From Tubiluchus corallicola (taxonomy: Eukaryota > Animalia > Priapulida), in assembly GCA_030141605.1 (NCBI GenBank), contig JAQGDQ010000182.1, forward strand, positions 367,813-431,812: a DNA stretch of 64,000 bases, in the 5' to 3' direction. Positions 1 through 12,896 of this stretch are shown here, piece by piece. The number at the start of each line of letters is the position of its first letter. Position 1 is the stretch's first letter. Below the pieces are notes generated by a model that saw nothing but the letters and a program-made list of their open reading frames with translations, made no database searches and was not told where the DNA came from. The translations under genes were made by a program, and so were the position numbers.

Positions 1-850
1 AAACTAAATAAAGCCTGCCCTGCCTGCACAAAAAGGAGCTTTCTTGGCAGTGGATAAAGCATGTGCTTTAGCAAAGGGACAGCGAAATCATAGAAAAAAT
101 AAGTTATGGGATAAAAAATTGTGGCAACAAAGAAACAAAAATGGAAGCTATTACCAAACAGTACAAGAATTAAGAACAGAAGCATTATAATGTATAATGC
201 AATAATTTTTGATAAGCACCAGAAGAAATGTCCTGTAGGCACTCTATCTCCCTGTACATGTCTGTATACTCTATTACGAGTTCCCTTCTCCACTCTATGC
301 ATTCCATCTTCAATTATTTACATAATCGCACACCTCAGCTTTTTCACTCAGGGACACCTGTACACTTAATTTATAAAACAATAGATGCTTTTCGTTGTTT
401 TGCAAGCGGTTTTTCGGGAATTCCGTGCGTTTTGGCTACCTTGGTGCCTCCTGCAAGCGGGCTGTTCTAGCTGGGTCACCAGTGCACATTTTTATTGGCT
501 GTTCATTTGGAGAACGATGGCCGATACTGGCAAAATTCAAGACCAGGTTGATATCACCAAACTTAAATGGCATTCAAATTTCACTGCAATTCTTGGTGTC
601 CACGTGATCCTTCATCGATATTATACGATAAACTCAAGAATGACAGTGTATTGAATGACCGTGTGTATGGCCTATTAATGTGTATAATATTGTTATATTG
701 TTGAGTGCTAGGTCTCGACTTGCAGTATGGTAAACAATATGTAAAAACATTAAGTGTTACTTGAACTTCACATGTGTTACACAAGCAGCAACAAATTTTA
801 ATGCAATTTATTTCCAGACATCTGTTGTTTAAAGCAAGTGAAGTCCTTAC

Positions 851-3800
851 CTTCTTGTGCTGTTATCTCTGGTTTACCCACACTTTTAGCAAGTTGAGAA
901 ATCAGGTGAGCGGTAATGTTTGACGTGGGTTGGCCTGAGGGAGAGGGTGTCCTACTACCACTAGGCGTACTGCCAGGAGAAATGTCCATACAATCTGCAG
1001 AACACGCAGAAAAACTTGCATTATTAACATAAGCATTCAATTTGTAAAACCTCAATCCTGTTTTACCTAACTTGCATGGATTATAAAATGCCTAAATTAA
1101 ATGCAACTAAATTAAAGAAAATATATTTCAGTTTTAATGGGATTTGAATACTGAATAGTAGGACAATCAGCTTAGTGATTTGCCAATGACTAAAGGCAAC
1201 TGCCTAGAACAATTTGCCACTGACCACCTGTCCATTTATTGACCAGGGTCGACACTGCTTAATTTCCATTGCCAAACTGACTACTCAACTATTCCCTCAG
1301 ATACTGGACTGGATGCTAATAAACAAAGTCAACTGTCTTTTTACCTCCCCGATCTGATGGTCACTGAAAATCAAGGATGCATACTTTGTTTTGCATCCCG
1401 AAATTTCTCACTAAGTACCTGAGTCATGGCCACACCAGAAACGGACTGTAAAATTTCTTGGACAGATTCAAGACTTTAAGCTGAGTGAAAAAAAGTTAAG
1501 CCAGAGGTGAATGTATTGGTATTTGAGATGACCCATTTATAGAAGCATAAAAAATTCAGCATACCATGATGTTTATTATGATGTGCAGCACGAAGCAGCT
1601 CCTTTTGTTTTGGATCCGGAAGCTCTAATGGTACATTACTAGATGTAGCTGAACTGAAAGTATAAAACCGCTTTAGTACCACCAATTACAAACAGTCCGT
1701 AAATGAAATTCACCATTACACTGGCAAAAATAATAACAAAGCAACTTTCCATGCTGCTGCTGTTTTATTTCCAAGAAGTACTGGAAATCGTGAGCTTATA
1801 GTAAAAACAGAATTAAATGTTTTTATCTCCACAAACTTCATCTTCTGGTTACTACCTGTCTGCATATGTGGAGAAAAGCTATGCACATGTAAAACATCAC
1901 ATGCCCAAAGTCAAAAGCAACAAATGGAATGGAAGTTACTTCTTCAGTAACTATTTGAGTTGGCAGTAATATAACAAATTTGTTGTCAGATTCAACTCAG
2001 CAGTAATATAGTGGACCCTTCTGTCCAACTCAAATCGCCAGTAACGTTGTTTATTCTCTGTTCTGTCTTGTAAAGCCTCTGTGCAATTTGACTCGGCAAC
2101 GGTTTAATGAATCTTCTGCTGGTTTTGGCCTGGTGTGGTACTGTTCTGCTATTGGGTATATCAGAGTTTCGCTGCATTATAAAAACATCTGCATGACAAG
2201 AAAATGACTGAACATGCTTATGTGATGTGGTTTCATGATCTGATGCTAATTCGATCAATTGTATCCTCTCTACTTACTGGACATATTCACAATCACAATG
2301 GTTGACAGATAAATGCACTTCCTTATAACTGTCTGCCAATTCTCTTTGAAGGCCTCTGTTTTTACAACACCATGGCATTTGAAGTCATCTTTTAAAAGTT
2401 TTGATACTTAAAACGTGCATGTATTCTATATGAGAGATTAAAAGCTGTCTATTGCTTCAGCCAATACATTAATTGGTATAACTATGACAAAAGAAGACAC
2501 GGTTTTAGAATCTATTACAATATAAGACGCATGTAATTCATTAAAAGTTGCCTCTTGTGAATAGACATGATATTAATTCACTCAGACTGGATTTCAGTGA
2601 ATTTAATGTCTTGTGGGAAATTTCAAATTTGCTGACACACAGTAGGAAGCAAATCATAACACTACAGGTGAGAACTTAATGCAGTATTGTGCTTTAGAGA
2701 TCCTCTATGGTCTAAACCTATCTTTAACTTAAGTTCTATGTCAATGTCAATTTCCCTGTGCCATGCGAACCAAAAACAAGAACAGTGTCACACCAACAAC
2801 ATTATTAGCAAGATGATCTCGAAGATTCTCTAAATGTTCTTTGACCTATTCAACTTTGATAAAGACGAATTTTTTAAGAGTTGTGTATGTATATTATATT
2901 TCATACATAAAAAGCAAATGCCAGTTTAAAAAAGCATTAGCTTGTTCATCACGTGGCAAAATGTTTTGTATTGGCTAATATGCAAACTCACCCAAATGGA
3001 TTCTTTCCAGTAGTGACCCATAAGTCGATCCACTCTCCCGGTTTCTCCCACTGTGAAACTTCTGTTTTACTGTTATAATAATACTTCTTGCCTGATGAGC
3101 TTATCTGTTGTGACCAATCGCCGAATGTCTACAGCAAAACAAGACAATATTTAATACAATTTACAAATGCAGAAAATTAATTAATTAACAGTATGGCTTC
3201 ATTTTTATAGAAATAAGGTAAACTTAATCAAAACGGACAGCATCTGTTATGTAAATGTTGCAGTTGAGTGCTGGTTTTCGGCCACACGGTTTTTCGATAC
3301 ACAAGCAAAATATCACACCTCAAAAATTGTAAACAATGCCATTATGGGGAATGTCATTGCAATATCAAACTGGATCAGATCCAAAATTAGGTTGGAAAAA
3401 TTCATGTAGTACAACTCATTATATGTACAACCCAGACACAGGTCACTCATTAATCACATTAACTACTTGGCGTTTATTTATTATTAAAAGTGATTAACAT
3501 AATTTACCAATAACATTATGTATTTACATCGGTATAATTTACTAATTAATGTTTGTTTTACTATCAAAACACATCATATTAGGAGCTGATGATCACTTGT
3601 AAAAGCAAGTTGCAGCTAAATTAGAAATCACATTCACCTCAAGTTTATTTTTATCATGGTTACTGCTATTGTGTCTTACAGGTCCATGGTGCATAGCGCT
3701 ACCATCAGGCTTATTTCCCAGTTTCTTTTCAGTTTCTGCAAAGCAAGACAAACACAACCATATATGTTATACTCTAATCTTGCCTTAATATTTCTAGTTA

Positions 3801-6633
3801 GTGTTTACATGGGTGGTAAAAATCAGACTCGGTACCCTTTTCCTCATACTGTCGGGTACCCGGGTAATCAATTGTCAAGATTCAGTAGCAGAAATTTAAA
3901 TCATTGGCAGAAGTTTACTCTCAAATAAAAAAATTGGTGCATTTCAGCAAACTGCACTGTTCTTTAATAATAAGCATTGAGCTATTACACGCTAAGGGCC
4001 TGAATACATGAGCTACGAGTCTCAAAAGTTAGTGTTTTTGTCACGCGCAGCATTTGCTGAGTGTATGCCCTTATCTGCCATAAAGTTTTGTTTAGATAGT
4101 TAGCCTATGCACTTGCTTTTTATAGGCCACCTCTATGGAAAAAGTCGTTTGATCTGCCCTGCACAAATGATTTTTAAAATGATTGCTGCTGACTTGCTAA
4201 TGTTGCCAAAGCAGCAGTTAATACTCTCATAATATAGGCACCTAATGTAGGAGTGCACAGTATGAGGTGGCATTCAAATTTTAAATTCTTAAACGATGGA
4301 TTTCTTACTAATAATAATGTCTGCATTTTCACTGTTGGAACTAGGTAGAATTATCAGGCTCGAGAAATTACTCGGGTATCTAATGGAAACACTGTTCCTT
4401 TTAACAGCGATAAATAAAGCACAAGCTTTCAATCACCTATTGTGAATGTAGTAAACTGTATTCTACAAAATTCTGCTCTATTCTATTCTGCTTTGGTTAT
4501 ATATTATCTTGCTCTGCACATCAAAACTATTCTTACCTACAATGCCAACAAGACTAAAAAATACAGCCAATTAAACGATATAGTAATGAGTTTGACTGTA
4601 CTTAAAAGTAAAGTAAAAGTAAAGGAGAAGTCTCAAATTAAAGGAAAATGTCATTACATTAATGATTAATAAAAAAATGCAAAATAAACAATTTTTTGTT
4701 AAAACTTAATAAAAACACTCTGACTATGAATACTTTTTTAACTTACAAAAATGCCTTGTATTTTTATTTTATAAAATGCTTGCTTCAGATTAAGAAAGGT
4801 CTTTTCAAAGTGTTTCTGCATTCAAAATGTTTAAATCATTTAATCAGCTGTCACTTTATCAAGAAACAGTGCTGAACATTACAAAAAAGTTATAAAACAA
4901 TCTTAAATGATTGTTATAGATGGCAATGATGTAATTATACAGAAAATAACGTAGTACAATGGTAGACTATGATTATAGCTATATTTTTATTACCTTTGTA
5001 GATATCCAGCAAAAGTTGGCTTATTCTTAATTTAATTTATACAAACAATATGATTAAGCATGCTAATATTATTACATTATTACCTTTCATTTTATCTCTT
5101 TCACGTTCTTTTTCTCGTTGCCGCTGAACATAAGATGGCTTGTGGTGCAATGCATGTGGGCTTCTTGAATCATCTTTGCTAAGAGGACTCTCTCCATGTC
5201 CACTTTGTGTTCCATTGTTAGTAGGACTAGAACACTTCCTCAGACTCTGAAAATAAAAATTATAAAGAGATGTATAAAATGTTCATCGGTCTTTCGGACT
5301 TGAATCCTGTAATGCTCTTTGATTGCCGTCCTTCAGTAGCAAGAGGGCACAAGTAGAAAATATATAAAAGACAGTTCAGGCCGGATGTATAAAGTTTACT
5401 TTCTCAAATGCAGAGGTAAACCTATGGAACTCACTGCCAGAAGATGTTATCAGTAGCCTTACAGTTGGGGCTTTCAAAACACGCTTGGACAAATTTGCAC
5501 GTGCTAGAAATCTCTTATACTAGTGCCCAAGCTGGCGCTCAAGGAGGTAGAATGCCACAGGTGGCACTCACCATCTGGTAGAGGAGAATCAAAAAGTTGG
5601 TGGTAAATGGAAACGTTCACTATCAAGTGAGGTAAACCAGACTTCCGAATTTAAAAGGCCTGTAATTGTTTAGTTGTATAGTCATTTATTTCACCCCATC
5701 ACATCAAATTCACAAGTAATATACACAATATAAAATGTAAAATACAAAATAAATGTGATTCAAGGAAGTCACAGGCTGAAGCTTGTAAGCCCACCATGCT
5801 AACATTGTGACATTTACTGTGTATAATGTGTACTAACTGCAGTATAGTAAACAGGTATAGGTTACCATACGTCCAGGTTTCCCCGGACACGTCCTCTTTT
5901 TGGGTCTCTGTCTGGGCATCCGGGCAGGTTTTCAAAAAATCGGCAGTCCGGGTTTTGCCTCAATCCGTAAGTATGTACGGACGTTGCCAACTGCAGAGGC
6001 GTACGACAGTACGAGACAAAGAAAACGACTTAAAATGACGTCAGCTTCAGCTTGACGTTATTGGCTCATAAGGGATGGGTGAAGTACTTCAGCTTCTGAA
6101 CGATGAATGCTTTTCAGAACTTCTTGTCATCGCAGAATCACATTGTTTTAATACTGGTCATTTTTGCCTACTTACAAGTGTGCGAAAAAGTGTCCTCTTT
6201 TTCAACTCAGACAATATGGTAACCCTATGTATAGCGTTGTATTTATTGTCAGGACAACGTGTTCATTTGCAGCCTAAGTACACAATTAGAAACAAAAAAT
6301 GAGATTTATGGAAAACACAGCTCCAACTACCTTGATCTGACGGGATTCTGAAACATCATGGTACCTGAAAAAGGGAAGAATTATTACTATTCACACCTCA
6401 ATGAAAACAACATTTATACACAAACAGTTCCCGGAGAGTAGAAAAACAGTTAAAGAACGTTTAATTCGGCAACCTTGTGAGAAAACATGGTGTTACAAAA
6501 TAACGTCTAATTTACGTTTTAGCCCCTTTGCCAAACTATGAATATATTAGGATTTATGGTTTTAAAATGAAAAACAAAAAAGGATATATTACCCATCTGA
6601 GAGTCTTGGATGGTTTGTTCTATGCATTACCAT
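851..6633 (-). CDS. WAC: WW domain-containing adapter with coiled-coil (WAC/wacky), 5' portion; 3' end lies beyond the window start
   Basis: Phase-consistent GT-AG exons: 6633-6593 ([14 protein letters not shown], cf. human MVMYARKQQRLSDG), 6364-6331, 5246-5084, 3735-3680, 3128-2992 (WW domain [30 protein letters not shown], cf. human [30 protein letters not shown]), probable 1653-1565 and 994-851 ([10 protein letters not shown]). Exons after the WW domain are less certain. Confidence 0.88.
2992..3128 (-). CDS. WAC: WAC WW-domain exon
   Basis: ctgtag|ACA TTC GGC GAT TGG ... TTT GG|gtgagt; translates [33 protein letters not shown]. Confidence 0.93.
3799..4394. mobile_element. Non-autonomous DNA transposon (hAT-like), copy 1; related to 40638-41277
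   Basis: Imperfect TIR tagtgtttacat...atggaaacactg with GGGTACCC subterminal motifs; internal blocks shared with 40638-41277; no clear TSD. Confidence 0.65.
5265..5520 (+). mobile_element. CR1-type LINE 3' fragment (decayed) in WAC intron
   Basis: Translates with stops to ...ARGHK*KIYK...[32 protein letters not shown], a typical CR1 ORF2 C-terminus. Confidence 0.75.
5858..6228. mobile_element. hAT-like MITE
   Basis: TIR taggttaccata...tatggtaacccta with GTCC/GGAC-rich subterminal repeats; TSD not clear. Confidence 0.6.
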
Positions 6634-8539
6634 TAATGCAAGTGATTGTGGGCGTCATATAAATAAAAAAATATGAACAAACGAAGGAAATTCTAAATTT
6701 TTCCTTGCAGGAATTTTAATTTACTGTTCTTTTGACGCCATGACACATACGGGCTTTTGAACACATCGAAAGTAGTTTGATTCCCAAATATGCACTGACG
6801 CACCGAATTATCGACCACAACTAGTTCTTCTTGCTATCGCAAAATTAGTTTACTGGTAATCGGTGTCTGGTGCACTATAATTATGTGGCTTTACATTTAA
6901 AAGAAAAATCTTGCGGACCAGGCAGTTTCGGATCTTGCCTATAAAAGCTCATTCAAGTTTTATTAATGTGCAAATCAAAAGCATACATAAGTAATAGTGG
7001 GTCGGCTTTAGAGGTGAGGCAAAGTATGGGCGGCTGGGGGCAATCGCCTGGGTGGGCTCAAAATTCTTATAGGATTCAGTGGCCGTTTATTAATAATTAC
7101 TAATCCGTCATTAATAAAACAATTAACAAAAGTTTTTCAACTTTTATTGTTATGCAAAAATTACTTATAACAGATTTCCCTGCAAATTTGTAAACAAGGT
7201 TGGGAGGAGGCAGAAAAACTGTATATTGAAATAGATTCCTAAACAGGGGGAAGTGATTAAAACTGCAATATAGCCATTTTCTCCTCCGTTCTTTTTTGCA
7301 TGAGAATTGACCAAACACTGTGCATAAAAAAATATATACGTAAAGCACTTTGTGGGCATCTCCGAGAGAAAGTCTCATAAATATAGCTCTTTGAAAAAAG
7401 AAATACTTGACTATAAAGACAGGAAATTAATTTTTATATTATCTCCACCAAGACAAACAACTACGAGTTAGTTCTGTGTTTCATTTTGACAAATTATCAC
7501 TTGTAACACTTCTAAAAGTACTATAGACTTTGATTATGCAAGCATATAGTTTTATAAACTGACTTCGTATGTAAATACATATAATTATTTGCCAGTCTGT
7601 TATACCATCACCAAATTGTTAAAGAAATATAGACAAATACTTATATATTTTTGTATGTTTGCTTGTTTATCTTTGTTTTATGTCTTTATTAATATAATCA
7701 AGCGAACATATTTCGGATTTTTCGACCTTGGCAGAGGATGGAGAAGTAACAGAGGGATAATAATAATGTTAATAATTAATGTTATGCAATGATAAAGCAT
7801 CTGCTATATGTCTGATTTGCCTGTAGATTATAATTTGCATACACGTTTTTGTAAAAATATATGTCTGCCCACCAATGACCAACAAATTTAAATTAAGAAA
7901 AATAGTACAATACGCATTATGCTGCATCACTTGCCCTGACAGCGAATGGATTTAGGCAACGAATAGATAGGTGGTCGAGTTCGATCTTACCACTCGAGAT
8001 TGCAAATCTACTCAGCAGTACTTTGATGTAATAAATTGTTCTGTATCACTGTAATGTCGTGGATGTAAGTATACCGCTACTTTGTCAGGCAATGTTTAGA
8101 AAAGCAGTTGTTTATACTTGATTTAATTTTTCTACTTCACTGAGAGAAAGCGACGTTGCAAGTTATAGATTCAGTAAGGACAGACAAAGTGTCCTTCTTC
8201 AATCTTCTCTCAATTTTTTGTAGACATCAAACAGTGAAAGTTCTTAGAGTTCTAAAGGTAGATTTGGTGCATGGATGTTGAACATTTTTTGAGGCTATGC
8301 AAGGTATTTTTGGTTTGGCAACTAGCTCTTACAAGATTTTTATTGATTCTCCTACGGCATTTCACTTGGTACGTGATCTGAGGAAATTTTAACCATTTTA
8401 ATTTTGAATGAGCAGAGTGACAGCTTGAATTTCTATCTGAAAGATTTTCGCAATTGCTTGGAAAAGCTTTGGCTTAGATAGTTATTATAAATGGCTCTTG
8501 CATATGGGCACCTTGCATTATTAAAATTAAAACCATTTA

Positions 8540-9360
8540 CCGCATATTCAAACTAAATTCAACAGTGTGCCTAGCAAAGAGGCCAATATTAGATTATGCA
8601 GATATCTTTTGAATGTCAATAACAAATCGAGCAAATAAACGACATTGGCAGAATGGGCCGTTTCGCGTATTAAAATAATTAAGGATACAATCCGCTATTG
8701 GATACATGTTATTAGGCAACCTTATGATAGCTATGTATGCCAAGTGTATATTATTGAAAACCGAATCTTAGTTGAGAACTATTTCTGTTAGACTATTTTT
8801 GTTAAGTATACATCATGTGTATATGGCAGTGAACACATTTGGAATAACCACAGTTCGTTTTCACTAAAGCGACTACTTAGTAAATTAGAAGTAAATGTAG
8901 ACTGATTGTACCCTATTTTGGAAAGAAGAAATCCATAATGATAACAAATCTGATGGACAAAACAAGCTGCAAACGTATGAACCTTCAAAAAACAATACCA
9001 ACTAGAAACCTATTTACTTTCTAATTAGTCCAAACAAAATTTACAAAACTGAGATTTCATACATTGTGTATTGAAAGAGGGAGATGTGTTAAACCTAGAA
9101 AAATCCTGCCCGAAAATCGTACAAAATTATCGTTTAAGAAATGTAGTTGAAGGGGAATTACACTTTGTTATAAAATGCCCATAATTACAATGATCTTAGA
9201 GGAAAATTGCATAATCTCATCAATGTAATTATACCAGAATTATTCCTTATGAGCGATGCTGATAATTTTTAATTCTTGATAGGAATAATGATTTAGAGGT
9301 AATTAAGGCATTCATTGACTATGTTGAAAAAGTACATGATGAACAAAATAGTAGGTAATG
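8540..9360 (+). mobile_element. Decayed non-LTR retrotransposon ORF2 C-terminal fragment
   Basis: Frameshifted remnants including IRYW, TFKKQYQLETYL, FTKLR..HTLCIERGR and VEGELHFVIKCP.YNDLR (C-terminal Cys/His motif of non-LTR ORF2). Confidence 0.55.
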
Positions 9361-10479
9361 AACATATCATTGAAAATGGAGCCTGCTGAATGACAATTTG
9401 TTTTAAGTACTAATTATTAAACTTTTCATTTAGATAACTAAAATAACTAACAGGAAGATTATTATAATATTTGTTTTATCAGTAATTGTTTTGTTTGTCT
9501 GTAGTGTCACTGTATTTCAAAATTGAAATTGTAAGTTGTCAGTTGTCCGGTGCACATCATTTGTCTCGTGCTCCGGTTGCTAATTATACCAGTTAGTGTT
9601 GAATAGGGTGTGAATAGGCCGTGAGGCCAAGGCTGTACAAATTTACTTATAGTTAAAAGATACTACGTCGAACAAGGTATATGTGTTAAAACACATACAT
9701 GAATGGCAAGGAAAAGTGCAAAAAATCCATTAAATAAAAGTCAGCTATTTCTTGCAACATGTGAAAGGTGCTTCAAAAACATAGGCAAACGACAAATATG
9801 GAAAATGAAGGACATGAGGCGGCAGAAATTGTGTTTCCTGACTTCGCACTTGTTGGTGATCCAGATGGTGAACGATATAAACAAATGCTAATTACCTTGC
9901 AAATGTAAAAGCCAAAAATGACGAAAAAGAGAGTATAAAGCCAATTCAATGCTTGGAATCAAAACTAGCTGCCAGCTACAAAAAGCAGTCAACTCTCATC
10001 GAAAAGGTTCATAAATTATCAGCAAAACTCTTGGAACTACAAAAAAGAAAGCAAAATGTAAGCAACCATGCAAGTGATAGTTCCTCCAAACTTTCCAGTC
10101 ACACAGATGAAGCAAGTCTAACTTTGCTTGGGAATGGAGACACCTCCTCGTCGAAACACCTTCCATCGCAAGACAATACCTTTCAGGAAAAGGAAGCTTG
10201 CAATGCCACAATAACTGTGAATCAAAGAAGCAAAAACCATAAAACCATACATGCAACCACTCAAGTGCTAGTCCTGAGACTGTATGTATGTATGTCTTGC
10301 TTTTTCTTGTATGTATTTTTGACACAATACGAAATATGAAATGAGCAGTATTTTAATTTTGATTTCATTTTCACTGACACACTGCTAGTGCTAGACCCTA
10401 AAAATCAACGTAGCGCAAGCACAGATTTGGATGAAGTACGTTATTTGCGCTGAAAATCATTATGTTGTTGATGAGTGAT

Positions 10480-10592
10480 CGTTAATCGGTGGGCACGTTG
10501 TTGCAATGGCTACTTTTCGTATGTTTTTCTGTATTTCGCGTGTTTTCATCCGATTGGCTTGAAGGCTGAAGCTATAAAGTCTTAAATTTACT
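10480..10592 (+). promoter_or_regulatory. ERP44: Probable promoter / non-coding first exon of ERp44
   Basis: Locally CpG-richer, strong donor tttact|gtaagt at 10593, matching acceptor at 12816-12817, ERSE-like motif at 10539-10557; start coordinate approximate. Confidence 0.5.
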
Positions 10593-12896
10593 GTAAGTTT
10601 TTTCAAACTACGCTTAAAAGTACATTGTAAAAAATAGTAACACGTATATGACCGCTTTAAGTTCGACCGTGTCATTGTATTTACGACGTTCGTTGGGGTT
10701 GAATTGTAAATTGTAGTTTACTATTATATTTATAGTATTAATGTATTATTTCAGTAGTAAATGATATTGCTGAAATAGTCTTCACGTGTGCTGATTTGAT
10801 ATACCACGAATATTTTCATGTTGGTGCAGTTTGAGATGGAAGAATCTCGGTGATAACGCCCTTAACATCTTGTTTAATGTCAAGTCGGTATTAATATTAC
10901 GTACTAACTCACTGAAATGTTTTAGTAGACCAGTTACTAACTGCTTACTATCTAATAATAAGTATATAACAATTTTAATTTCTGAAATTATTGTTAAAGC
11001 TCATAGTCTTTATGCATTTATATTATATATATATATTATATATTTATTTATTTAACATTTTGAGAGGGGCATTTGTGTATTTTTATAGTAAAACATTTTT
11101 ACAATTATTCCATTTATCCCATTCACTTTCTTGCTGAGTAACTAGGGATGGGACGAAGCTTTGTCATGCTAAAACTCACGATCCAGATTGATGCAGATCT
11201 GATCCGATTGCGTTCAGGTTTGGTAAAAATGTGACAAAACTCAAAATTCTTTTTGATTTGGATTTTTTGTCTGTGTAGCAAATCTGTCGTTTGCTCTCAT
11301 GTAAAATTATATACTCTTTTGATTATAAACCCTATATGCCTTCACCGTGTCACGATTTCCCATCAAAATTATGCACAATGCCTGACTGATGCTGTTTCAA
11401 TGGTGACATAATTCCAGAGTAGTCCTGAAGAAATTTCCCCAAATTGCCGTGTACCTCTTTGACCTGGTAGAAGCATTTGTAAGGGAGACCCACATCACAC
11501 TGTAGTGCAGTTTCTCCTCTTTCCAAAGAGCTATAAGTTTCCTTCCAAGAAACCGCCAAGCACCACTTTTTCTAGATGCTGTTCCAGCAAGAGGAAAAAA
11601 TAGCCATTTTTGAAGATTTTTCACCCTCTCTTCTTAGAGCAACATACTGCTGCAATTTGTAAAAATCTTAGTTTCTGAGGTGGGACAATTTTTCGCTCAC
11701 GGCAGGTATTCAAAATGAAAGCACCCAAGCATATAAACTCATTGCAACTTTAAAGTGACTTTACTAATTACTTATCACACCTTTATTACTAAATCCTTCC
11801 AAAAATTTTCGCAAACATTGAAATAGGCCCGACTTCACAGAAAGCTTGACCTATTCTTTAAGCTGTTTTACTGAGTTTATTAGACCAACATCCTGTGTTT
11901 AACAAAGACTATTAATGGCCATGTCAGTTAATGCTGTAATGATCCTGAAATAAAAAATCTACTTTGGCACTATAATTATGAGATTTAGTTTCAGTCAAGT
12001 ATTGAAAATTAAGTGAATTAGAGATTCACATCTGGTTCAGTTTCGTGAACGAAAAAAAAACACATAGCTGGTATAATTACACAAACTTCAAATATTTTTA
12101 CACCAGACATTATATTGATTCACAATTTCTTATTAACAAGAAATTAACACTAAATTAACAAGAAAAACATGGGTACGTATATTGTAGAAATGAAGACCTT
12201 GACATTGAACGACTTCAATGGCATCCAGACGCATCACCCAAGTGGTAAAATTTTACGAAGCTAGTTTAAGCTGCCAGCCTACCATGCAGAAACAGTTTTG
12301 TTGAAAAGTTGTCTGTTTGTTTTGCCAGGCTTAGTTGTATTGCTTAGTGGTGGCGGCATTCGTTGGACAAAAATGACAAATTACAAAAAAAAAATTTTTA
12401 CGGGTCGTGACTGAATATATTTAAACAAACCGAATTTTGTAAAATTTCGGCCAAATTTCAGAGAAAAATCACTGAAACAAAACTTAACCGATTTTTGTTA
12501 TACCAACGAAGCGAACAGAAAATTCCTTTCGGTTCGATAACCAAAATCCGGCTGTTTCCCGACTTTCGGTACATGTCTACTACATTTCACATTGGGTGAA
12601 ATGTTACGAAATACTTATTTAATCTCTTTCATTAGTCATACATTGGCTGTGCATTCATTGCATTAAGCACAGAAGTTTAGCTTCAGAATTCTGATACTAA
12701 ATAACATAATGTGTAACCCTGCAAACTTAGATTTTAATTACATGTCGCTGGTAAGAACGACGAAGGCTATAGTCACGACTATTTGACTGGGGTTTTATTT
12801 TATTGTGTTATTTACAGGAAAAATAGAGTTCATGCCTAATAGCAGATTTTGGGATAATTTGGTTGGCTGTCTTATCTGCTAATACACATAACAGCA

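Noticed and set aside
9953-10339. 128-aa ORF with coiled-coil-like start upstream of ERp44
   Set aside because: Non-ATG start and no identifiable domain; possibly a LINE ORF1 relic, not supportable as a gene
11143-12580. Possible single transposon with a DDE remnant in ERp44 intron 1
   Set aside because: Ends (tagggatg and catgtcta) do not match convincingly, no TSD, and the peptide similarity is weak
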